Shown here: piece after piece, positions 36,621-49,503 of the stretch | Numbering within the stretch: the stretch's first letter is position 1 | Layout of the letters: every line of letters starts with the position of its first letter | NCBI RefSeq assembly: GCF_016433145.1 | Contig: NC_058131.1 | Coordinates: forward strand, 144,040,862 to 144,104,861 | Direction of reading: 5' to 3' | DNA length: 64,000 bases | From: Gracilinanus agilis | Taxonomy: Eukaryota | Notes under the pieces: model-generated | Seen by the model: only the letters and a program-made list of their open reading frames with translations | Told to the model about the DNA's origin: nothing | Databases searched by the model: none | Program-made: the position numbers and the translations under genes

Positions 36621-39600
36621 GCCCAACCATCTCAAATGTTTTGCATTTTCTTTTCCTTCTTCCTTTCCTCCCCTTCTACTAGGTCCCTTAGTCATCCCTG
36701 AGCTAAACTGGTATGGCTGGGTGTCAGGGAGATTGGTCACCATCAGAAATGCATTCCTCCCTGGATGCTTGACTGGTTACACAGCTTGGATGAGGTGGGA
36801 GTCAATAACTTTCTTGCTTCAGTTAACTCTTTGGCCTTGTTATCTATCTCATTGCTGTACCTACCCTTAGGATTCTTAGGATTTCTACTCTATAGCTGAA
36901 TTTTTTTTATATGTTTGATGGCCCAATTAGAGTATAAGCTCCTTGAGAGCAGGGACTATCTTGATTTTTCTATTTGTATCTCCAGTACTTAACAATTAAT
37001 AAATGCTTTTTCATTCATTCATTCAATTTCAGCCTTTAGGTGACGTAGCTTTTTAGGAGCCTTTTAAATCTTATATTTAGCTATAACTTAGAATCACAGA
37101 CTCAGACTAGTATTAACAGATACCACACACTCCAGAATCAGCCTCCCTCCTCTGCAAGACTCCTCTTGACAGCTTCTCCAGGCCTTCATTCTCTAAGTGA
37201 TATGACCGCTCCCACAGAGAAATGAAAGACCCAGCTCTCCCAAGAAAATGAGTAAGAAAGACAAACATGGAGGGGGTGGGGAAGTACAAAGGAGACCTGG
37301 GTAGAAAGCAAACACACAGAGGAAGGATATTCTTACTTGCTAGAGAGGCACTGCCCAACCTTTCTGTGGAGAAAGGACAAACACACTGAAGATCCCAATT
37401 TTCCTATTTGTCACTGACATCTGAACACATTGCCTCATTAAGAACAGGACTACTCATGTCATCTTTAAAAGCCATTGTAGTATCCCATTTCCGGGTTTTT
37501 TTCCCCCCTTTCTTTCTCTCTCTTCTTGACTTAGAAATTTTTTCAGATGTCACTTGACACCTCTTTTTGCTGACTGTGTCAACTGCCAGGAATCCTTTCC
37601 TCAGCTTCCACATTTAGCCCCTTCAATAAGGAGCTGATTCTGTCTCTTGAAAACTTCAGTCACACAATGGCCATCTTCATTCTGACTCACCAAGGTTGTG
37701 CAATCCTGTTTCTCATTGGTGAATTAAGGTAGTCTTTATGGAGCTCTGGAAAGAATATTGCAAAACAAGCAGCTTGTAATTCTTGAACATATTTCCTCTT
37801 TCTTTCCCCAGGACACTATTTCATAGAGTTTAATGTATACCTGTAATATTATTATGATGGTTAGCAAAAATATTCTTATTAGCAAATCACCTCTAGCAGG
37901 TCAAACAGATGCCCATTCAAAAATAAATATATGAAGGGAAATTTATGTTTATTGAATTTTGTGTAGAGAAACACTTTAGAGGTCATCAAGTTATCCTCAT
38001 TGCAAATTTTATAGATGAGTAAACTGAGGCCCCAAGAGGTGAATTATGGTGAAGCACTGTGGTGTCGTGGAATGAGTTTTAGGTTTGAAGTCATAAAAGG
38101 CTTAGGTTCACGTTATGTTTCTGAAACACATTAGTTGTGTTTTCCTGGATAAGTCATTTTACTCTTTAGTTTCCATTTCTTCCTGTAAAAAGGAAAAGAA
38201 GAATGGATAAGAAAAACTTTAGTATCCACCTCATAAAACAAGACCAAATGAGATAATGCATGTAAAGTGCCTTGCAAATCTTAAAGTGCTATTTGTCTTC
38301 ATCATCATCATCATCATTGACAATGGTCATCTAGTGGGTAGACCTAGACCCGAATCTGCAACCTTTGAGTCTAACTCCAATGCTCCTTTGGCAAATGGCT
38401 ACTTCCTTACCATAAAAGGGAGAGAAATAGTGATCTTTCCTCATAGCTTATGTTCTGATCACATATAATTACCTTCTCAGAGCTTATTTGTCTAAGTACG
38501 TAATATGTATCTGATAATATACATAATAAATATATGATAATAAATATTCTCTAAACAATGAAACTGCTCAGATCATATATGTGATGTCTAGGTATGACAT
38601 ATACATACGTGAATGTAATGGTTCTAAACATTTTTGTCCGTAACTGTCTCCAATCTTCTCAAACATTAAAAATTTGGAGATTGAAATTAGAGATTAGAAT
38701 CCATAATTAAAACCAAAATTAATTGATCCAGTCACTGGTCGAAGCAGTGAAGTACTGAACATTAAAATAACTTCACAGACCTTTATTAATTTGAATGAAA
38801 ATTTCACTGGCTTCAGGTTGCTCCATCCATTTCAGTGTGATTCTTCAGTCCTTACCTACTCTCCTGTTTAAAGAGAATGAAGACTACAGCCTTAAGTTTG
38901 CTCTGATCTCATTCTGTTGGCTGACCTGGAATAAGAAGTACATGGGAGCTACATGTTACAGCTGCAAGCTCAACTCCAACAGCCCAACTTATATTTTGTG
39001 TAACATAATTACAGGAGAAAAATTAGACCAAGCAGACTAAGTGGTTGCTGCACTCACTTTTACCTAAACCAGAAGTATTATTAAGAAAAACGAAATGGAC
39101 AACATCTCCAGTGGTATTAGATTTTACGGAAGTGAGCTTTTGGCTTCTTGGTCTGTTGAGAGGTAATCTTCAGAATGAGTATTTCCCAGCTTGACAGGAT
39201 ATTAATTCAGTTATCCACTTTGCCAATTTCTAAATGCTTGGAAAACCTGTCAAAACTAATTTCTTCAGCATACTCGCTCATGAAGTATGCAGTTTCATAG
39301 CAGTGTGGGCATCTGCTGCTCACTTGAGTTACAGCCCCCTAATTCTTGGGCTTCTGGTTGCTTCTGAGGAATACTAGCTTGTTTTGTTGGCTAGGAAGGC
39401 AGTTTCTCCCGTAATTTCTTATGATTCCTCTTTGCCTTCTAGTTATTATTTTAAACATTTAAGGACCCAACTTTTTGAGCTCATATTCAATGAAGTAAAT
39501 GCCATCTGAATTAACACACATACACAAACACACCTTTTAGAATTCACATAAAGCTACAAAAGAATAAGAAACATTCTTAGTCCAAATACATGCACATACA

Positions 39601-39819
39601 TGATGGACTCTATTTGGAACTAAAATAGAGAATTCAAATTTCTTTTTCTAATTAATGATCAATACCTTAAATTCAAATATGGCATTAAAAAGGGTGAGCA
39701 TTTAAAAATTTTGCTCAAGAAATATTCAGATGTGATTTTACAAACTAAAAACAATAAAACTCACAAGCAGAATTAGTCTACCTGTCTTATTTTTACTTTT
39801 TAAAAAGAATTTCTGATAT

Positions 39820-40090
39820 CTTTAAAAAAATATAACCATCCACATTATTCCTCTAAATAGCTTCTTTCCTCACTGAAACCTCCTTAAGTGAAACTGACCA
39901 ACAAAAAGATTATGTCTGACAGCTTATATACAAAATTCTTTATCAGCAATCCCTGTCTCCACACAGAAGATGGAAGTGGGTATGATCATCTGTTCTCTGG
40001 GTCTAAGAATGATCAGTGCTATCAAGTAGGGTTCAGTGGTCTTCTTGTAATGTTTTCCTTTATGTGCTACCCTATTTTCATAGACAAAAT
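39820..40090 (-). mobile_element. Old marsupial L1 3' UTR fragment
   Basis: Similarity to marsupial L1 3' UTR sequence; degraded. Confidence 0.5.
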
Positions 40091-40194
40091 AGTACAATTT
40101 TGGAAAGAAAAGGTATTAAAGAAATCTAGTCCAACCCTCTAATTTCTCATTCTATAGTTGATGAAGCTGAGGTGAAGTGACTTCAAAAATTTTC

Positions 40195-40198
<4 letters not shown>

Positions 40199-40234
<36 letters not shown>
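40199..40234. repeat. (CA)n microsatellite
   Basis: About 18 uninterrupted CA units. Confidence 0.98.
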
Positions 40235-40236
<2 letters not shown>

Positions 40237-43200
40237 CCTTTCGAAATATACATAAAGTTAAAAAAGAATAAAAAATCTTGAGTTCAAATAAATGAATACA
40301 TGATTGGACTCTGCTTTGGGGCTTAAGTAAAAGAGAATTTCAGTTTTCTTTTAATGACTAAAACCTTAAGGATGCTAAGCCTAGGATGGTTTTCCCTTGC
40401 TCTCAAAATACTGTCTCTTCATTGACTCTCCAGGTCTGCTATTGCTTTAATCAATTATGGAAGTTCTTACCTTTTAAATTAAGTATAGATTAAGGAGCTA
40501 TACAGACACTCCTCAGAATTAAAATGAAATAGCAGAACATCCCATCTGAGAAACCATATGGCTTGGGATACCCTACTAAGAAGAAAAGAAGTGTCTGAAA
40601 AATGCTTATCTTTACATGTCTTAGAGAACTGTGTTTAAAACTCTGAAAATAAGTTCAAGCACCCTTTTTTAGACAAGCTACTGATGGTCCCCCACAGGCT
40701 GGGAGCTTTTTATGATTCATACTAAATGGTCCTTAAGTTGATTTTATGTCAGCTCAAGGAGCTTTGTCCAATTTTAATTCCATCAGGGTGCCCAACCTCC
40801 TCTACAGATTGCTCTCATACCAACACATGTTTGCACTTAAGTATTCAACTCTGATCACCTGTGCGATTGAAGGGAGACAGAGCCTTCTTGTTTTTACTAG
40901 ACAGTGGAAAATAGGGATATACTTTTTTATTTGTTTCATTCTTATTTTCAGCTTTACTATTTTAAGGAGGAAGGTATATATCTAGTGTATATAGTCTCTT
41001 AGAAATTCAAGCAAAGACTGAATTCACACTTGCTCAAAGGCCATCTAATCTACTTTCCCCTTCCCTTCCCCCATTTAACAGATAACAAAACAGAAGCTGA
41101 GAAGTTAATTGCTCAAAATCTCATAGGTATTAAGTGACAGTGGAATGATTTGAACCCAGGCCCTCTAACTTCAAATGGAGAACTCATACCACTACTTTTA
41201 TGCTCCAGATCTTAAGTTTAGATGCCCCTCTCTTATTATAATACTGCCACTTGAGGTAAAACAGTCTTGCAATCCAATGATTCAATCTCATTAGCAAAAC
41301 AAAACGCATTCCTTTGCAGCTTTTCTTCCATTCCTTTTTTCTTCTAAGGAGCTCATTGCTTTAAGCAGGATCCAGCTAACTGCTTTCTAAGAAGCAATAG
41401 GAATTTAATTTGATGTAAAGATGAATATTGGTACTTCACATCTATCTAATCAGTGTTATTTCAGTTTTCAGAATGTTTGCTAGTCCCGTAATACTGATAC
41501 AGACTCTTTCATTGCATACAATCTACAGACCCTGTCTAATATTTTCCATACTGGGCAATGAGATCACAAACTCCAAAACATTAAATCAAAACCGGAGGCA
41601 TAACGGGTCTTCAATAAAACTCCATGGCCCATAGAGAAGAAGGGGGGGGAGGGAGAAAGAAAATTAAAACCATCTCAAGGTAGAAAACACATACATACAC
41701 ATACATGAAGAAGGCATTTAGAAATCAGGACAACTACAGAAAAAGAAAGAAATGCTTAATATACCTGGATGACTACTGAGTTGCCATTAGGTTGAAGCGA
41801 AAAGAACAGATTAACAATAAAGCATAATTTGAAAAGAAAAAAAAAAACCCAGTTCCTGTCATGAGGAAAAAAACAACAACAACCCTAGGACACATTTTGC
41901 AGAATCTCTTTCAAAGTCACTTGGTAACACCTTTAAAGATAGATAATACAGGTGAATGTGACATAGTCTATATAAAAACAACTGATGAAGATGTGGAATT
42001 GAAGAGAATGCATTCACATTTATGCTGAATAATCAGTTCTTGGAATAAAGTCTACCAAAAATAGTCATGCTTCCAGATAACCCATGGATATAACTAATGA
42101 ATGAATTAATAAAGGAGATAGAAAGCTGTAAAAGGCAAAATGAACTAAGATTTATTTTTAATGCCTATGTGAAATTGGATGAAACTGTGGTTTTAGAAAA
42201 AAATAGCTGAGGTTCACTGTCCATTTGAAGTTTAGGGAATCTGGAAACCATCCGTTTGCAGGTTTCAGTATTCTTCTATGGCGGAAGTTTTATTAAACAA
42301 TCATTCATGCAACGTCACTAACTTCATGCCATTTTTTAGGACTTGAATTATACATTATGTGTGGAAGATTCTAGGAACTGATTTTTAATAAGAGATCATA
42401 GATATCCAGGCAAGTGAAGGGCTAGTCTGGGAACCCTTTTTAATCAAGGAAAATGTTCAATTGTTTTCTTATAGCTAATTCATTCTCCACGTACTGTTTG
42501 TCAACGTAGGCAAAGAACTTTCTAAAATAGCAACCCTAAGATCGTGGAGGAACTCATTTCAAGATGGTTCCAATTAGATTCTGCTCATGTAGATGTCTCA
42601 CATGTGTAAATATTTGCAATAGAGCAAACATAATCCACAAGGGCATCCTCTAGTCAGCAGCACCATTGTCACACTTCTCTGTCTTTGAAAGTAATGGAGT
42701 TGTTAGGCACTCCATTTCTCTTCTTTTTACAAATGTCTGTTCATTGTGTTTCCACTTCTGATCCTTTGTCCCCATGCAAGCACCTTTAAATCATTAGCTT
42801 TTCTATAGTAATAAGTCTTAATATTCCTCTTCAAGTTATAAACTATTTCCTAATGTTTTAAGTCTGCCCAACAATGTTATTTTAAAATATTGCTCCATAG
42901 TTCATTAGCATAATAGCATTAAAAAGGAAGAGTATGCAAACAAATGCCTGGCACTTTCCAACAATTTATAAATGAAAGTGAATATCAGAGACTACATACA
43001 TATACATATTATATATGCTAAAAGGTATCTTTTTTAAAGGGAGATTTTAGGAAAGGAAAGATAAAACCCAAAGGAATGAAATCTACTTATTTTTTTTCTG
43101 CCCCATAATAGTTTTTATCTGGTCACAATGTTCCACTTCCCTAGAAAATCATGAAATAGTGCATAGCAGTAAAGAGAATTAGAGCTTTGCACATTAACCC

Positions 43201-45901
43201 AGGTATACATCTAGAAAATACATGGACGCAGAAGAGAGTCTTATCTAGCTAATATTTAATCTATTATCTATCTGTCTATACATATATGCATGCATTACAC
43301 ACTTTACTCATAGACAAACTACTTCATCTTTTTGGATGCCTCCTACTTTGTTTTAGAAGCCTCGAATAAAAGTTCCAGTATCTTCTCAAAATAAAACAGT
43401 ATAGTCTAAATATAGTATCCTAATTCTTGCATCCCCTGGTAAACCTTTCAGCTTTTGTTTGTTCACAGCCTCATTCAGTCTAATTTCGTAGCGATAAAGC
43501 TGCTAACGGAATATTTGGACGATTTCTTTTTTTTCTTCCATAAAAGTGGATTTTGAAACCCGTCTCCCTGCAGTTCTCACGTCTCCCAACTTTGTTACAA
43601 TCACGCCTAAACGAGTCCGTTTCTTTGTTCTTTTCAAGTGAGACGTCTGACAGTCAGCTTTCCTTATCACACTAACCATTTCCCGAGAATACTCCTAGAA
43701 TGTCAGCAGCCAATATAGAAGGAAAAGACACTTCATCATCCTTTTAGCTGCTGACTTTAACCACTTTCGATAATAAACATTTTGAGCCTAGCAAATAAAA
43801 TGAGATGCTTGTCAAAGATCAGACTTAGTCCCGCCTATGTAACATTAAGGCCGAGTTAAAATAAGCTACATGGATGGGTCTACGGGAAGGCGAGAATAGC
43901 TGTTTATTGATCTTAGAAATATTATTTAATACTAATTGGCACGATCTTCAGCACCTTCCACTTACAATCTGATGTGTTTGTATGTTCAACCTTTCAGCGG
44001 CAGGTGCTGTACGGAACATCCACAGCCAGGATATAAACACCCTGGTGGAGAAGGAGGGAGTAATGTCTACGGGGCGCCACGGGCGGTCTGAGCACACAAA
44101 GTCCGATTCAGTGGCCCTAGCTCCCTCGCCCTCGCTGCGTGTGCACATGCCCTGTCTGAAGGCAGCGCCAGCTAGGCTGAGGACTGAGCCTTCTTTCGTA
44201 AGGCTCGTAAGGCGAATCTTCTTCCTTTTCATCCTCTTCCTTCTCTGGCTAGATCACTCTCGGTTCGTGCTCTTCTTGGGCTGATGGAAGGCCAGAGTTC
44301 GGGAAGGACCTCCTCTTCACCCTTAAACTCTCTTTTACTTCATTTCTTCAAGCTCTCACTCCAGGACAGAAAGTTTCTTTTGTAAACCCGGAGCGAGACA
44401 CAACGAACCCCAGTCGGGAACTTGTCTCAGAAGCATTGCGCTTCCACTCCCCCACCCCCTCAGCTTTATAGGAAAACAAGAAATTTGGCTTCCTTGATTC
44501 TGATTCTCTGGTATCTACGAATAATATAGTCGCAATGAAATGATTTCTAAAAGTGTATTGGAATTTTGCCACATTACCATTTTCCAATTTGAGCTGAATA
44601 AGACGTTTCGTTAAGTTTTCTTGGGAAAAGAGGTCCCCCTGAGAGCCACCCAGCCTGCTATGTGGGAAGACAGGGTACTGCTCAGAGCCTCGACTTCCTA
44701 ACCTTCCAGTTTACCACTGCATGCTGGGACCGTCGGTTTGCTTTGGTGGCTTAGATGATTACTTGTTTGTTCGAAAATCCCTATTTGATCTCAGTTCCGG
44801 AGGTTTCAGCTGAAGCTCCAGGTGACAATTAAGGAACAGGAAAGAGCTATTTGAGAAATCCTCTTGGGTCTCAGTTTCTTCGTCTGTAAAATGAGGTAGT
44901 TGCGTTATATGAATTCCGAAGTGCCCTGACATTCTAAAATTTTAAATTACTTAACCTAGTGGCTGGGTTGAGGCTGATTCACCAATTTTCCATTTTCTCC
45001 CTGCGGAGTTCATTAATAAACATATATAATTTAATTTTCCCCCTTTTCTGAAATCCCTGAGTCCCCTCTCCACAGTTGAACCAGAAGACAACTTTCCTTC
45101 TGTGCTCGTCCAAAAACCTTCCAGGGTTTGGGGCACAAAGATACTTGTACAGTTGAAGACACTTCAGTCCGAAATAGGGTCAGGGTTAAACCGAAGATAC
45201 TGCAAGCTGTCTAAGATACTCCACAAACTCACCGTACCTTTTGGTTCTTTTCTACCCAGAGCCAGCAAAAACTCCCATTTTATTAGACCGAAACACCAGC
45301 ATGCAAGCAACAGTGTTTGCATGCTTACTGTAGGGTGAGAGGAGGTGGGGGATGAAATAAAAAGCCCCAGGAATGACTGTGGTGCCAGGAGGCCAGGGGT
45401 TAGGGCAAGGACCCAGTGACAACTGGCAGAGGTATTAGCTCCCTGCAGTATTACTGGGCTTCTGTCTTCTGACTTCCATCGCTCTGCTCTACTTTCAGGT
45501 TTTGGTCATCAAAAGACTATCCTTATTCACTATTACCACTGCTATTATTATTATTATTATTATTATCAATATTAATGGAATTAATGCCACTTAGAGAACC
45601 AAAACAGGCCAGGGTATAAGAATTGTTTTTATATCCTCGAATTTGCGTTCCTTCTTCCCAGGCGAGCCATGTGACCGTGTGTTGTGAATTACTCTTGGGA
45701 CTGGAGCCCCGACTCCTCAGATTCCCAGCAGCCTGAGGCCAAAGTGGGTTCTCGACACTGGCTGCTCCTGCAGCCGCCCAGTCCTTCCAAGTACTAGCTC
45801 CCTTTTTAACCAGACCCAGAGGCCCCCGCAAGATCAAAGGGACTCCCGAATTGTGATGATCGCTATTAACTCCACAGATGGGGGTGGGGTGATTCGGGAA
45901 G

Positions 45902-45949
45902 AGGGTCCCGAAGATATACGCGAAAAGGGTCCCGAAGATATACGCGAAA
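45902..45949 (+). repeat. Perfect 24-bp tandem duplication
   Basis: AGGGTCCCGAAGATATACGCGAAA occurs twice, head to tail. Confidence 0.98.
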
Positions 45950-46172
45950 ACAACAACAAAAAACAGAAAGTCAGTTACCTGCAGAGCTGTTGCCCCCTGG
46001 GGGGTTCCCTGAGCATCTAGACCCTTCGGGAGAAGTTCGGGTGAGGAAGGCCAGGACTTCGGACTGGCTGGCAGTAGAAATTACCCTGGTTTCTTAAGGT
46101 TTGGTCCTTAAAACTAGCTTCCAGGTAAACCCCTTAACAAAAGTAAAGGCTGCAGCGTAGCGAGTAGCTTTC

Positions 46173-46191
46173 TTGCCGACAGGGGGCGACA
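46173..46191 (+). promoter_or_regulatory. Putative CTCF site
   Basis: TTGCCGACAGGGGGCGACA matches the CTCF core (TGGCCACCAGGGGGCGCTA) over GCC..CAGGGGGCG. It lies in CpG-retaining sequence. Confidence 0.65.
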
Positions 46192-46209
46192 AACTGTTAG
46201 CTTTTCCCG

Positions 46210-46375
46210 CAGAGCGGCGGCGGCGAGCAAGCTTTTGTGTGGTCCAAGCTTCGCTAAACTGGCTGTTGCGGCACTAACTGTTGCTGCGGCTGCCGCCGCC
46301 TCCACCACCCCAGCTGCAGCAGCAGCAGCCAGAGCCACAGCCGAAGCCGCAGCAGCAGAAGCAGCTGCCGCAAGC
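46210..46375. repeat. Imperfect GC-rich trinucleotide tract (GCG/GCC/CAG)
   Basis: GCGGCGGCGGCG, GCTGCCGCCGCC, CAGCAGCAGCAG, GCCGCAGCAGCAG. Confidence 0.85.
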
Positions 46376-47296
46376 CAGACCCCATCAGTGTTTCTATTGT
46401 TCTTATCATTATAAACATCCCTTTGCTTTTACACCTTTACTCCATTCACTCCGGGCCTTTTTTCAAAGGGGTCTTCGTAGAAGATGCTTTATTACCTTCT
46501 CTTCAAAGCGAGATGGTTAAAGTTAACAGTTTACCTGTCAAAACTATTAGGGGGTAAAAAGCCAACTACTATGTCTGGCAAATTTTTGTACATCCATATT
46601 AAATAAAGTTCAATGCACCCAAATAAGAGTAAAGCTAGTGTTTATTAGTGCCTGATAGGTTTACAAAGCGCTTTCTTTACAAATGAACTCAGTATTTTGG
46701 GGAGCTCCGGTGAAAAGACAGTCTGTGACGTTTAAATGGCTGACCGGCGATCTAATAAGTGAATGCCTTAAAGTTCTCTTGGGAGCTCCAAGAGTTCCAG
46801 CAAGGAGAAACACAGTAGATCAAAGTGAGGAAGCGGCTCTTATAATCCCACTGGGGCTACTCAAGATGACTAGAAAGTCTTGGTGGCATCTCGAGATCCT
46901 CATATTCAACTTTTTGACATCAGATTCTGAAATTCATGAATGAAAGCCGCTAAAAGGGTAGCGTGATAAGGTAGAGTGACAGGGATGTCCCATTCTCTGA
47001 GCAAAATTAATGGAGCTGCAATCAGTCTTTTTGCTCCTACTGGTCCTTTCTTGTCTGTTCTTTTAAAAGCACTGCCTTTGGAGTTTTTAAAGGTAACTTC
47101 ATTCTCCCCCCTACCTTTCCCCTCCCAGCACATACTCTTGCTACTGGACTTGCGGGTTCAGGTTTCCTGGTAGATACCCCATCAATAAAAACCAAAGCTA
47201 ATTCAAATCCAATGCTCCCTCTAATTACAAACTCAAACCCCAAATTTTGCCTTACAGCCTAGAGGAGGGAAGGCTTTCTATAAGAGAAAAGAAAAA

Positions 47297-47331
47297 TTAT
47301 ATATATATATATATATGCATATATATATATA
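47297..47331. repeat. (TA)n microsatellite
   Basis: Seen directly; another at 13370-13400. Confidence 0.95.
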
Positions 47332-49135
47332 TCCCACCTGCTTCCTTGCTTCTTCATCCTTTTCCTCTGTACCCTCTCCATACCTTAACCATGGTCACCC
47401 CTGATAATTTCAGAAGGCTCTCTAAAACTAGTGCTTAAGTTCTTTCTTTGACATTCTCACAAGAGATTCTGCTCAGTTATCCCCAAGTGACCCTTCTAAC
47501 TACTCATTTCAAATCCTATCTTTCTTTGAAAAAGGCCATGCCTTGGCCTTGGCTTGTTCCCCTCCCCTCTTCCCCACTCCATTCCTGCCTTCTTAACTCC
47601 GGATCAATACATATTTCCTTTCCACAATTTAGGTTCTCAGACTGTTCTGAAAAGCCCTGGCCTGCTGCAGAGTGGGGATTTATGGCCCTGCTCCTCCTAA
47701 TTGACATATTCATATATGTTGCTTAGGAGCTAACGATACTCTTTGGTCAAACAGTCAAGGTAAAAGGGTCAGGGCCAGTCTGTTATCTGGGCCCATGTTG
47801 ATGTTTTCCATCTGTGAGTCTTTGCGGGATAAATAACTGCGGCTCAGATTGGCAACCTTGACACCATCCTGACAAATTGCACACAGGCTCTTGGCCTGGG
47901 CATTGGCATTGGTCTTTGGGTCTGACATTCTTGTGCCTTGGAATCACAGAAGCATAGACTTTGGAACCTGACCAAAAGATAAACTCTCAGGGAGAAGGGG
48001 AGTCTAGTTTTCTTTGCTAGGGATTATTCCATATTCTCCCCTCTTGCACCTATCTTTCTCCCTCCCTCCTGAGCCCTGAACACTTTCTTCTAGGCACATA
48101 TGGACTGTGGCACTATCTGCAACATAGTTTCCTCTCCAGTTCCAAACTGCACTAAACTAGTCCAGAGCTAGGAATGAGAGAATTTTCATAGATTCCCGAT
48201 TTCTAGATGTATTTGTTTAGCCAAGAGACAGAATTCCAGCGAGACAATTCAATATGCCTATTTGTTCCAAAGGACAAAACCAAATTTTACTATATGATGA
48301 AAATAGTTGGTATATTGGAATCGCTGGTTAGAGAGTCTCGTGGTCTCCTAAGGTTAATGATATCTAAGAGACTCCCACGTTTTCTACACTCTCCTCTGAG
48401 GCTTCATTAGTCCCAAACTAATCTGGTCCGTCATCTTAGAAGCCTATTTCCTGAAATTTGATGTTTGAAAACCAGAAGGAGAGAGTGGAAAACAATATTT
48501 TGGGAATGATAGTGGTGTCCAACACCTAACCAAAAGATGGGAAATGGCCAGATTGTTTGCAAATGATTTCTTATAAGTGAAAGTTGGAAGAGGCTTGGGG
48601 AAAGGATCTTTACTACCTCTAGTCGCAACCGCCTTCAAAGATTCTTCCTTTCCTTCTGGCGCAGTCATTTTTCACCTCCTAAGAGGTGGGTGGGCCAAGC
48701 CTGAGGGGGTAGTGAGTTTGATTCTCTGTACCCGTTAGCATCAATGAAATAAACCTGGATCCGGGGTCAGTGCCCCCTTAAAGCAATCGAATTCACAAGC
48801 TGTTAAAAACAACAAAAGCAACAGCAAGGAGAAGGCAGGGAAAACCAGACCGGCATCATGACCCTAATTGGTAGCACATACTGGCGCACATGCACTGGTG
48901 GCAGCAAAGACAACAACCAACCTGCAATTATTTCTCCATTATTTAACAAGTGAGAACTGGGAAAGGGAGAAGAGGGGGGAAGAGATTTGAGGGGTTCGGG
49001 GCTGCGGTCAGAGCTGAAGACCCAGGCTGGCGGTGCCTGCCTCCCCTAGTTTGGGTTTCGGTCTGGAATGAGTGAGACGCCGGGTTGGGGCGGAGTGGGG
49101 TGGGAGTGAGGGTGAGGGTGAGGGAGGAGGAACAG

Positions 49136-49503
49136 NNNNNNNNNNNNNNNNNNNNNNNNNNNNNNNNNNNNNNNNNNNNNNNNNNNNNNNNNNNNNNNNN
49201 NNNNNNNNNNNNNNNNNNNNNNNNNNNNNNNNNNNNNNNNNNNNNNNNNNNNNNNNNNNNNNNNNNNNNNNNNNNNNNNNNNNNNNNNNNNNNNNNNNNN
49301 NNNNNNNNNNNNNNNNNNNNNNNNNNNNNNNNNNNNNNNNNNNNNNNNNNNNNNNNNNNNNNNNNNNNNNNNNNNNNNNNNNNNNNNNNNNNNNNNNNNN
49401 NNNNNNNNNNNNNNNNNNNNNNNNNNNNNNNNNNNNNNNNNNNNNNNNNNNNNNNNNNNNNNNNNNNNNNNNNNNNNNNNNNNNNNNNNNNNNNNNNNNN
49501 NNN
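49136..49503. other. Assembly gap (368 N) in the PAX1 promoter
   Basis: Run of N flanked by G-rich sequence. Confidence 1.

Noticed and set aside
43948-44284. Overlapping 94- and 100-aa ORFs on opposite strands
   Set aside because: No recognisable homology; GC/CpG-rich sequence has fewer stops. Kept only as a possible non-coding exon.
46114-46338. Poly-alanine ORF on the minus strand
   Set aside because: Starts at GTG and is explained by GCN triplet repeats; no domain follows.
48760-48790. Second CTCF site (minus strand AAGGGGGCACTG)
   Set aside because: Only the 3' half matches; the upstream CC positions are missing.
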